Both the position numbers and the translations under genes were made by a program. Positions 56,449 through 64,000 of a stretch of DNA of 64,000 bases are shown here, in pieces. Under the pieces are notes generated by a model, which was not told where the DNA came from, ran no database searches, and was given only the letters and a program-made list of their open reading frames with translations. The stretch comes from Candidatus Aenigmatarchaeota archaeon (GTDB taxonomy: Archaea > Aenigmatarchaeota > Aenigmatarchaeia > CG10238-14 > SCSR01): assembly GCA_039000165.1 (NCBI GenBank), contig JAWBTW010000002.1, positions 19,242 to 83,241 of the forward strand, given 5' to 3'. Within the stretch, counting starts at the first letter, position 1, and each line of letters begins with the position of its first letter.

Positions 56449-57906
56449 TCACCCCTTCATCACGGCTAGAGGATATAATTCTGTGACACGTCTACTTATA
56501 CCGGACTCCTCTATTGCTCTAACAACTTCCACCGAAAGTTTGTATGCCTCTGGCCTTTCTTCAGCTAAGACCCTCAAGCTAGCCGCTTTAGCCAAAATGC
56601 CTTTTTGCATAAGTTGCTTTAAAACTTCTTCTCCCCTTATCTGCTTTAATGCTCTTGACCGTGATTCCACTCTTCCAGACCCATGCACTGTAGAATAAAA
56701 AGTTTCTATTGCTTTTTCTGTTCCCACTAACACGAAGCTTGGGGTAGACATTGAAGCGGCTACCAACACAGGTTGTCCTACTTTCCTATAGTCTGTTGGG
56801 AGGTCTGGATGTCCTGGTGGAAAACAACGTGTACTGCCTTTTCTATGTACATAAACCTTCTTTTTTTCTCCTTCTATTTCATACTCCTCTATCTTTGCTG
56901 TGTTGTGGGTAACATCGTAAACCACTTCCAAACCAATATCCTCCAATTTTGCACCCAAAACCTTAACAAAACTTTCTCTTACCCAATGCGTGATCATGCT
57001 TCTGTTGCACCATGCATAATTCATAGCACAAGCCATTGCAGAGAAATAATCCTCACATTCTTGAGTTCCGGCAGGAGCATAAACTAGCTCGCGATCCGGA
57101 AGCTTTCTTAGCTCATCTCTAAACCTAGATTCCAAAATTCTTAAATAATCAGTACAAACTTGATGACCAAAACCTCTTGACCCTGTATGAATCATTACAC
57201 ATACTTGACCTTCCTTTTCAATTCCAAAAACTTTCGCAACTTCTGGTAAAAATATTTTGTTCACAACTTGAATTTCAAGAAAATGATTGCCTGCTCCTAG
57301 AGTTCCAAGCTGAGGAGCTCCTCTTTTTTTGGCTTCGTTAGAAACTTTTTCTGGGTTTGCACCTTTCATGCAACCCTGCTCTTCCAAATGCTCCAAATCC
57401 TTTTCGGTTCCGTAACCTTTTTCAACAGCCCATTTTGCTCCTTTAACTAAAACCTCATCTAACTCAGAAAGGCTTAGCTTAATTTTCCCAACTTCGCCAA
57501 CACCAGAAGGGACATTATGGAAAATTGATTCTAGCAATTCTTTAAGTTTTGGTCTTATTTGCTCAACTGTAAGGTTTGTACGCAAAAGTCTTACGCCACA
57601 GTTAATATCAAAGCCTATTCCACCTGGACTTAAGCCACCTTCCTTGTAATCTAGAGCAGCAACCCCTCCTATAGGAAATCCGTATCCAAAATGCATATCC
57701 GGCAATGCTATACTATGTTTGTAAATTCCGGGTAAAAAAGCGACATTAGCTGCTTGCTCTATTGCTCCTTCTTCTACTTCACTTAAAAGCTTTTCTGACA
57801 AGAAGAGCCATGCTGGTACTTTCATCCCTGGTTTTGCTTCTTTTGGCAATTCCCATAGGCAAGGGCCAATTTTTCTAAGCCTATTTTTTAAACTAATTTC
57901 TATCAC
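56449..57906 (-). CDS. rtcB: RNA-splicing ligase RtcB
   Basis: LPDMHFGYGFPIGGV, GFDINCG, GNHFLE, HTGSRG, HRKG, HGSGR; start is GTG 57906 or ATT 57897. Confidence 0.95.
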   Translation of the reverse strand: MIEISLKNRLRKIGPCLWELPKEAKPGMKVPAWLFLSEKLLSEVEEGAIEQAANVAFLPGIYKHSIALPDMHFGYGFPIGGVAALDYKEGGLSPGGIGFDINCGVRLLRTNLTVEQIRPKLKELLESIFHNVPSGVGEVGKIKLSLSELDEVLVKGAKWAVEKGYGTEKDLEHLEEQGCMKGANPEKVSNEAKKRGAPQLGTLGAGNHFLEIQVVNKIFLPEVAKVFGIEKEGQVCVMIHTGSRGFGHQVCTDYLRILESRFRDELRKLPDRELVYAPAGTQECEDYFSAMACAMNYAWCNRSMITHWVRESFVKVLGAKLEDIGLEVVYDVTHNTAKIEEYEIEGEKKKVYVHRKGSTRCFPPGHPDLPTDYRKVGQPVLVAASMSTPSFVLVGTEKAIETFYSTVHGSGRVESRSRALKQIRGEEVLKQLMQKGILAKAASLRVLAEERPEAYKLSVEVVRAIEESGISRRVTELYPLAVMKG

Positions 57907-58003
57907 CTTAATTATACGCAGAAAAAACTCTGCGTATACCCGTTTGCAAATTTTTTTGCCGGATATACGCTTTAAATTAATTTGTTGCATAGTATTTAAA
58001 AAC

Positions 58004-58189
58004 TTATTCTAACTCTTTAAAACATTTCTTGCAAAAATGAACTTCTATTTTAAACCCTTTATTTTCTAACCAAACATGCCAAGCTTTTCTTATTACTCTT
58101 TGACAATTAGTACATCAGAAACTTCTGTACTCAGGATTTTCACTTATCTTCCACTTTCTTACAATCTCTAGTATTTTTTGCCGGTTCAT
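58004..58189 (-). pseudogene. Zn-finger protein interrupted by an in-frame TGA
   Basis: MNRQKILEIVRKWKISENPEYRSF*CTNC...HFCKKCFKELE; ATGA overlap with dodecin. Confidence 0.6.
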
Positions 58190-58395
58190 TCAGGCTCCTC
58201 AACTACAAAAGCAATTTTCATGTGGGCTCTGTATTCTGCTATTTTATTGTCTTTAACAACAGCTTTAAAACCTAAAACATCTATTCCTGTTATATTCCTT
58301 ACTGTTTTGCTCGCTCTTTTTAAAGCGTTTTGGACTGCATCTTCCCAGCTTTTTTCAGAACTTCCTATAACTTCAATAACTTTGACTACTGCCAT
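58186..58395 (-). CDS. Dodecin (flavin-binding)
   Basis: VKVIEVIGSS..SWEDA..NA..RASKTVRNI. Confidence 0.92.
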   Translation of the reverse strand: MAVVKVIEVIGSSEKSWEDAVQNALKRASKTVRNITGIDVLGFKAVVKDNKIAEYRAHMKIAFVVEEPE

Positions 58396-58403
58396 AATTT
58401 AAA

Positions 58404-60566
58404 TTAGTTAAATTTTATATAAAGTATTTTTGTGCTTGAATTGTAGAACCATCCATAATTTGCAACCAAACTCTCTAAGGAATCTTGCTCACTCAAAATC
58501 TCGACAGAATTTTTCAATACTCTCTTTGGTTTTTCTGAGCTGTACATTTTAATTGTTTGGTTTGTGGTAATGTTAAAAGTAAGAGAAATACTTTTATTTT
58601 CTGTACTTTTTGTAATGTAAATTAGGCTATTGTAGCTTGAAGAATTAACTTTAACTTCAAGCATTTTAAGCCAAAAGTTATCTACAGTAAAATTTTTTAC
58701 TTCAAAAAATATATCATAAACGCTTGGAATTATACTTAAACTATATTTTCCTTCATTATTAGTTGTTACATTGTAATAAAGTATTCCTTTTTTTGTAAAA
58801 ATAAGGTTTGTATTCCAAGGTTTGTTTTGTTTGTCAGTAATTTTTCCTGAAATTTCTATAGGAGAAGATTGTTCAAAAGTAAAGTTATAGTTTTCAGGTA
58901 TATCTTGCGTTAAAGGATGAGGATAAGTATAAGGAGTATAATTGAAAGTATGCGGAGGATACCTAAAGTAATCTCTTCCTTCAATTATTTGATTATAAGG
59001 ATCGTACTTAATTATTTCCTGAGTATCGTTTAGCATTGTGTTGTTCCATATCCACCAATCATAGCTCCAACATTTTTTCCCTAGTGCCCCACATTCATTC
59101 TGTAAATAAACGAACCACTTATAAGTTCCATTTCCGAAAATATTGTTAAAAGCAACTCCTGAACCTCCTCTTACAGAAACTCCCCAAAAATATTGAATAG
59201 CATCTACTATTTGATTTTCGTATATTTCCATAGCCCTTGTTCCTACTTGCGTTACATAATAGCTTGATACAGAAGAAGTTGAGCCTAAGGGAGAGTCACA
59301 TTTATAGCTTTCGGCTGTTTGGTTACAAACCCAAACATTTAGCTTTTCATCATAAATAGCTGAAGGGTTATCTATTTCTCCACCACCAGGTTTTCTATAC
59401 CTTGTTTGGAACCAGCCATGTCCGTCTAAGGAACCATAACCAAAATCATTTTTTATAGTATTATGCCTAAAAACCCAATGTGCTCCGGAGTTTGCCGATA
59501 CTACATGACGCCATTTTTCAAAGTAAGAGTCTTCAATTATTACGGTATAGTCATTATATTTTCCCAAAACTTTGCTTACATCATCTTCCCAAAAATCACC
59601 ATAGCCTCGAGAAACATGAACACCATAACCAACTGTTCCTGGATATGGTGCAGGATAGCCATGTGTATTAATAAGGTAGCAATGGTCTATTACACCATAA
59701 CTTGTGATTGGTGACCAGCTATGCTGAGGTGCTGAATATGCCCCTATACCACATGCTATATTTTCAAAATAGCAATGATCTATGCGAAAGTGGGCAACAC
59801 TTTTCATTTCAACTGAAATATGGCAAGTAGCGGAACTTGAGTTAATGCTTCTGTAACCTACTAGTTTAATATCTGAAAATCTTGAAGGCTTTTTGGGATC
59901 AGCATTTCCCTCAAAAGAAAACCAAACAGAACCGTTTTTTCCTGCGTCCCATGTTAAGCGAAGCACAGTTTTCCATTCTTTTACTTGCCCTCTTTCGTCT
60001 TTTTCTGTAGGTGCTCCATAAATGTTAATTCCGGCAGGAATTGTAACGGTTATCCAAGGTTCCCCCGGTTCAAGAAAATCCCAAGTTCCTTCAGGAATAA
60101 AAACATCTCCTATTCCTCCTAGAGCTACGATTTTATTCACAGCTTCTTGAATCGCTTTTGCTGAACCATTAGCAGCAAGAACAGCAGGAGTGGTACTTCT
60201 GTTAGCTATGTTAGATAAATTACCCCATTCATTAAACTTATCTTTTACCCTAATAGCAAAATAATAGTTCGTATTGTTAGTTAAGTTTCCGATAACAACT
60301 CTTTCCTTAGTTCCTGGGGGAGCCGGAACAATACTTACATTAACTTTTACAGCATAATTCCAGTTACTTTCATCTATGGGAACCAAGGAATATCTTATAT
60401 CATACTCGATAGCATCTTCTGGAGTTGTCCACTCCAGAACAAGCTTGTTTGAAGATGGTATAAAAGTTCTGTAAGCTTTAAGGTCTGTTATTACTGCTGA
60501 TTTAACATTCACTATGATGGAAGATAGGGAAAACAGCAAAAAAAGTAAAAATATCACTTTCCTCAT
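58404..60566 (-). CDS. Secreted protein with FN3-like and pectin-lyase-like beta-helix domains
   Basis: Signal peptide; LEWT.P...YDIRYS...YYFAIRV FN3; IQEAVN...VFIPEGT and IDHC.F repeats. Confidence 0.7.
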   Translation of the reverse strand: MRKVIFLLFLLFSLSSIIVNVKSAVITDLKAYRTFIPSSNKLVLEWTTPEDAIEYDIRYSLVPIDESNWNYAVKVNVSIVPAPPGTKERVVIGNLTNNTNYYFAIRVKDKFNEWGNLSNIANRSTTPAVLAANGSAKAIQEAVNKIVALGGIGDVFIPEGTWDFLEPGEPWITVTIPAGINIYGAPTEKDERGQVKEWKTVLRLTWDAGKNGSVWFSFEGNADPKKPSRFSDIKLVGYRSINSSSATCHISVEMKSVAHFRIDHCYFENIACGIGAYSAPQHSWSPITSYGVIDHCYLINTHGYPAPYPGTVGYGVHVSRGYGDFWEDDVSKVLGKYNDYTVIIEDSYFEKWRHVVSANSGAHWVFRHNTIKNDFGYGSLDGHGWFQTRYRKPGGGEIDNPSAIYDEKLNVWVCNQTAESYKCDSPLGSTSSVSSYYVTQVGTRAMEIYENQIVDAIQYFWGVSVRGGSGVAFNNIFGNGTYKWFVYLQNECGALGKKCWSYDWWIWNNTMLNDTQEIIKYDPYNQIIEGRDYFRYPPHTFNYTPYTYPHPLTQDIPENYNFTFEQSSPIEISGKITDKQNKPWNTNLIFTKKGILYYNVTTNNEGKYSLSIIPSVYDIFFEVKNFTVDNFWLKMLEVKVNSSSYNSLIYITKSTENKSISLTFNITTNQTIKMYSSEKPKRVLKNSVEILSEQDSLESLVANYGWFYNSSTKILYIKFN

Positions 60567-60591
60567 ATTCTTAAATTACTGTTTGTTAATA

Positions 60592-61278
60592 TTAAATTAT
60601 CTTCACAAACCTTGCCTTTTCTTTTGCTTTTTTAACTTCAACTATTCCTTTCAAAATTTCAACAAATTTCTCGTAATTATCAGCCAAAACCAAGGCAGGA
60701 CCTCTCAAAACTTTTATTCTTACCGAAGAATTTTCCGGAATAACAAAACTCTTGATTTTTTTCCTATGCAGATTGTTGAAAGAAATTCCAATTCCTTTTT
60801 TAAACGGTTTTCCTCCTGTTGAAGAATAGTAAGCTGTCGAACCATAAGGCGTTGAAACTATTACACCATCGCCAAGCAAGTTTTCAAATTTTTTTCCTTC
60901 AGCACAAACAGAAAATTTTATAGCTCTTGCTGGGTTTTTATTGTGAACTTGAATTTCGTTTAAAGCAAAAAGCTTTTTTCCTTTTGCTCTAGCTTCAAGC
61001 TTCATTTCTTCTACTATCTCATAATTCCTTTTTGATACTTCCTTCAAAACCTTGTTCAGCTCGCTTAACTTATACTCACATTTTTTACAAACACTTGTAG
61101 GCTTTTTTATCACAAGCTTAGGAATTCCTGGAAAAACCCTTTCAGCATACAATATTGTTCCATCTCCACCATAGCAAACTACTAGCTCAGGTTTCTTATC
61201 GCTAATCTCGAAACCAAACTTTTTGACAACTCTTAAAATTCTTTCCTTTTTTAGTGGTGAGACTATAGCTATTTTCAT
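60592..61278 (-). CDS. NAD(+) kinase
   Basis: GGDGT, ALNE, GDGVIVSTPYGSTAY..S.GG. Confidence 0.92.
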   Translation of the reverse strand: MKIAIVSPLKKERILRVVKKFGFEISDKKPELVVCYGGDGTILYAERVFPGIPKLVIKKPTSVCKKCEYKLSELNKVLKEVSKRNYEIVEEMKLEARAKGKKLFALNEIQVHNKNPARAIKFSVCAEGKKFENLLGDGVIVSTPYGSTAYYSSTGGKPFKKGIGISFNNLHRKKIKSFVIPENSSVRIKVLRGPALVLADNYEKFVEILKGIVEVKKAKEKARFVKII

Positions 61279-62381
61279 CTTGATTCCATCGCTTCTCTTA
61301 CCCTTTCCTTTGCTATTTCCATAGCAGCTTCTCTTGGTTTTATTTGCTTTTCTTTTGCTCTTTTCAAAACTAGCTTTGTGTTTTTCTTTATCTTTCTCTC
61401 AACAAGCTTGAACATCTTGTTTTCATCATAACCTCTATATTCTGCGTAGGAAGAAATTACTCCTCCTGCGTTAGCAACAAAATCAGGAACTATTAAAATC
61501 CCTCTTTTAAAAAGCTCTTCCTCTGCTTTTTTTGTTATTGCTATATTAGCAGCTTCAACTATAATTTTTGCTTTTATTTTTTCATAATTGCTTTCATTTA
61601 TAGAGTCTGATAAAGCTGCTGGAATTAGTATGTCACAATCCAAACCAAAAAGCTCCTCGTTTTTTAAAACTTTTCCTTTTTGATAATTTGTCACACTTCC
61701 TGTTTCCTTTTTAACTTTTAGCAATTCTTCAAAGTTTAAGCCTTCCTCGTTATAAATACAGCCTTTGCTATCGCTTACTGCTATAATTCTTGCTCCATGC
61801 TGAGCTAAATGCTTGAAAGCAAAAGTTGCAACGTTGCCAAAACCTTCTATAGCTACTCTTGCATTACTTATTTTTAATCTTGCATGCTTGCAAGCGATCA
61901 AAGTAGAAACTGCAACACCATAGCCTGTTGAACCAAGCTCATGAGGTAAGCCTCCTAAATCTTTTGGCTTTCCTGTAGCTGATTTTAAAGAGCCGTTACC
62001 TTCAACAAACCATCTCATCTCTTCTTCTCCTGTGTTTACATCAGGAGCAGCTATGTAATATTTTGGACAAAAAGGTTTCAAGGCTTTTCCGAACTCGAAA
62101 AGCAATTCTTTCTTCTTTTCTAAAGAAATTTCTTTTGGGTTTGTCATTATTCCAGACTTTGCTCCTCCAAAAGGTAAATCTGCTAAGGCAGTTTTCCATG
62201 TCATTACTCTTGCTAACCTAAAAACCTCTTCCACGCTTACTGTAGGAGTCATTCTTATTCCTCCCTTTCCTGGACCGCGAGCTGTCGAATCTATGACAAG
62301 AATTCCTTTAAGTCCAACTTTTGGGTTATAAACTTCAACAACTTTTTCAGGTCCAAATTCGTCTGCAAATTTTTCTATCAT
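61275..62381 (-). CDS. gdhA: Glu/Leu/Phe/Val dehydrogenase
   Basis: GPGKGGIR, GGAK, APDVNT, GFGNV, PDFVANAGGV. Confidence 0.9.
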   Translation of the reverse strand: MIEKFADEFGPEKVVEVYNPKVGLKGILVIDSTARGPGKGGIRMTPTVSVEEVFRLARVMTWKTALADLPFGGAKSGIMTNPKEISLEKKKELLFEFGKALKPFCPKYYIAAPDVNTGEEEMRWFVEGNGSLKSATGKPKDLGGLPHELGSTGYGVAVSTLIACKHARLKISNARVAIEGFGNVATFAFKHLAQHGARIIAVSDSKGCIYNEEGLNFEELLKVKKETGSVTNYQKGKVLKNEELFGLDCDILIPAALSDSINESNYEKIKAKIIVEAANIAITKKAEEELFKRGILIVPDFVANAGGVISSYAEYRGYDENKMFKLVERKIKKNTKLVLKRAKEKQIKPREAAMEIAKERVREAMESR

Positions 62382-62382
62382 A

Positions 62383-63339
62383 CTAATGCCCCCAGTCAGT
62401 TGTTACAGGAACATCAATTCCTTTTATATAATTGTAAGCTTGTAAAGCTGCTTTTGCCCCTTCAGCAGCAGAAGTAATTATTTGCTTAAAAGGATTGTCA
62501 GTTAAATCACCTGCTGCAAAAATTCCTGGTCTGATTTTATCGCTATTAGGATAAAAAGTTTCACATTTTTTGTTCACAACTATTTGGTTGTTTTGATCGA
62601 TTTTTACCAACTCTCTTACAAAATCTATTTTTGTTTCAAAACCAATTTCAACAAACACACCATCAACCTTTATTTCTCTTTCCTCTTCTGTTAAAACATT
62701 CTTGACTATTATCGCTTCAACAAACTTTTCACCCTTTATTTCTTTTACCACACTATCTAAAACAAACTCAACGTTTTTCTTTTCTTTAACTTTTTCAACA
62801 AGCTCTTCAAAACCTCTAAACTCTTTTCTTCTGTGAATCAAATAGACTTTTGAGGCTATCTCACTTCCGTTCAAAGCAGCATCAAGAGCAGAGTTTCCTC
62901 CCCCTATAACTGCTATAGTTTTTCCTTTAAACAAAGGTAAATCACAAACTGCACAATAAGAAACCCCTTTCCCCAAAAATTCCTTTTCTCCTGGAACGTT
63001 TAGGCTTCGGGGTGTTTTTCCAAAAGCTAAAATCACTGCTTTAGTTTCGTACTCTTTGCTTGCCGTTTTAACCAAGTAATTCTTTCCCTTTTCTTTTATT
63101 TCTAAAACTTCTTCAAAAATTACTTCTGCCCCTGAGTTTATAGCTTGCTGATAAAACTTCTGCATTAACTCGAAACCTGAAATTTTTAAAAATCCTGGGT
63201 AATTTTCAACTTGAAAGGCTAAGCTTGCTTGCCCTCCTATATCCTTTGTTAAAATCAAAGTTTTTAGCTTTCTTCTTCCTGCATAAATTCCTGCTGTTAA
63301 GCCTGCTGCTGCTCCTCCGATTATTATTACATCGTACAT
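62383..63339 (-). CDS. trxB: Thioredoxin reductase
   Basis: ENYPG, GVSYCAVCD, GGGNSA, FAAGD. Confidence 0.92.
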   Translation of the reverse strand: MYDVIIIGGAAAGLTAGIYAGRRKLKTLILTKDIGGQASLAFQVENYPGFLKISGFELMQKFYQQAINSGAEVIFEEVLEIKEKGKNYLVKTASKEYETKAVILAFGKTPRSLNVPGEKEFLGKGVSYCAVCDLPLFKGKTIAVIGGGNSALDAALNGSEIASKVYLIHRRKEFRGFEELVEKVKEKKNVEFVLDSVVKEIKGEKFVEAIIVKNVLTEEEREIKVDGVFVEIGFETKIDFVRELVKIDQNNQIVVNKKCETFYPNSDKIRPGIFAAGDLTDNPFKQIITSAAEGAKAALQAYNYIKGIDVPVTTDWGH

Positions 63340-63386
63340 ATAAATCAACCAAAATAAAATTTATATTCTAGCTATAATTTAAAAAT

Positions 63387-64000
63387 ATGCCTTTAAAGCC
63401 TGAAGACTACCTTTTGCTCATGTTTTCCATGAAAGGGGTAGGAAAAAGAGTTGATTTTAATCACGTAAAAGAAAAGGTTTCTCGTGATTTAAAAAAATTT
63501 TCTGATGAGGAAATTAGAAAGATTCTTGAAAATCTAATAAAGGAAGGGTTTTTGGAAGAAGTAAAAGGACTTTATGGGGTAACAGAAAAAGGGGAAGAAT
63601 TTTTTGAAAAAAGAATAAAGGAAGTTGAACAAGATTTAAGAAAAGTGAACGAGCCTTGGGTTGTTGTATACAAAGCAAAAAAGTACTATCCTTTTGTTGC
63701 TGATACTGTTTTTGAATTTTGTAAGAATAGATACGTGGGATTTTACGCATTATTTACTGAGAAGCGATTTTTTAGGAGGGATTTTAGAGGTAAAAAAATA
63801 GTTTTAAATTCTGTAAAAGATTTGCTTTTTTTCGTCAACATTCATTACATAGATGTGATTCCTTGCGTTCACAGAATTGGAATCAACAGGCCTGACTGGC
63901 TTGTTGTTGACATCGACCCAGGACCAAAAGTTTCCTGGGAAAGAACAAAAGAAGTAGCAGAAATAACCTATAAGATTTTTGAAAAATTGGACTTAAACCC
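63387..64000 (+). CDS. wHTH + LigD polymerase-like (AEP) fusion, runs off right edge; not in ORF track
   Basis: Manual translation: MPLKPEDYLL...LENLIKEGFL...YGVTEKG (wHTH), then YY..VAD...FFRR...RPDWLVVDIDPGPKVSWE. Confidence 0.75.
   Translation, partial: MPLKPEDYLLLMFSMKGVGKRVDFNHVKEKVSRDLKKFSDEEIRKILENLIKEGFLEEVKGLYGVTEKGEEFFEKRIKEVEQDLRKVNEPWVVVYKAKKYYPFVADTVFEFCKNRYVGFYALFTEKRFFRRDFRGKKIVLNSVKDLLFFVNIHYIDVIPCVHRIGINRPDWLVVDIDPGPKVSWERTKEVAEITYKIFEKLDLN

Noticed and set aside
57907..57990. N-terminal extension of RtcB given by the ORF track (513 aa)
   Set aside because: It runs through the hairpin region upstream of a clear GGTGA RBS; the start is more likely 57906 or 57897

Overview
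AT-rich archaeal chromosome segment with very compact gene packing. Gene content (aIF2-alpha/Nop10/PAC2/uS2, Sec61beta, RqcH, FtsZ2-type FtsZ, class III signal pilins) is consistent with a DPANN archaeon, possibly Aenigmarchaeota-like; this assignment is inference. It carries housekeeping genes, six tRNAs (three with very short BHB-type introns), an RNase P RNA, aspS-tRNA(Asn)-gatCAB plus asnS, and a ~12 kb type IV pilus locus whose ATPase holds a 501-aa LAGLIDADG intein. Most striking unexplained signals: (1) a 16-bp palindrome TGTTAGACGTCTAACA in 4 perfect copies and 1 degenerate copy, all intergenic within 29.1-35.7 kb, which matches bacterial parS at 12/16 and brackets gene modules, including an AAA ATPase and a 3'-only remnant of a paralog; (2) inside that zone, a wHTH-V4R-adenylate-forming ligase-methyltransferase-transglutaminase module with its own operator-like palindrome; (3) an unannotated 25-aa peptide between a nucleotidyltransferase and a radical SAM gene, plus an orphan PqqD facing a 23-aa acidic peptide behind ftsZ; (4) an unannotated ~105-nt structured RNA; (5) iteron-like repeats upstream of ftsZ; (6) a wHTH-LigD polymerase-like fusion at the right edge. 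All calls come from reading motifs by eye; no searches were run.
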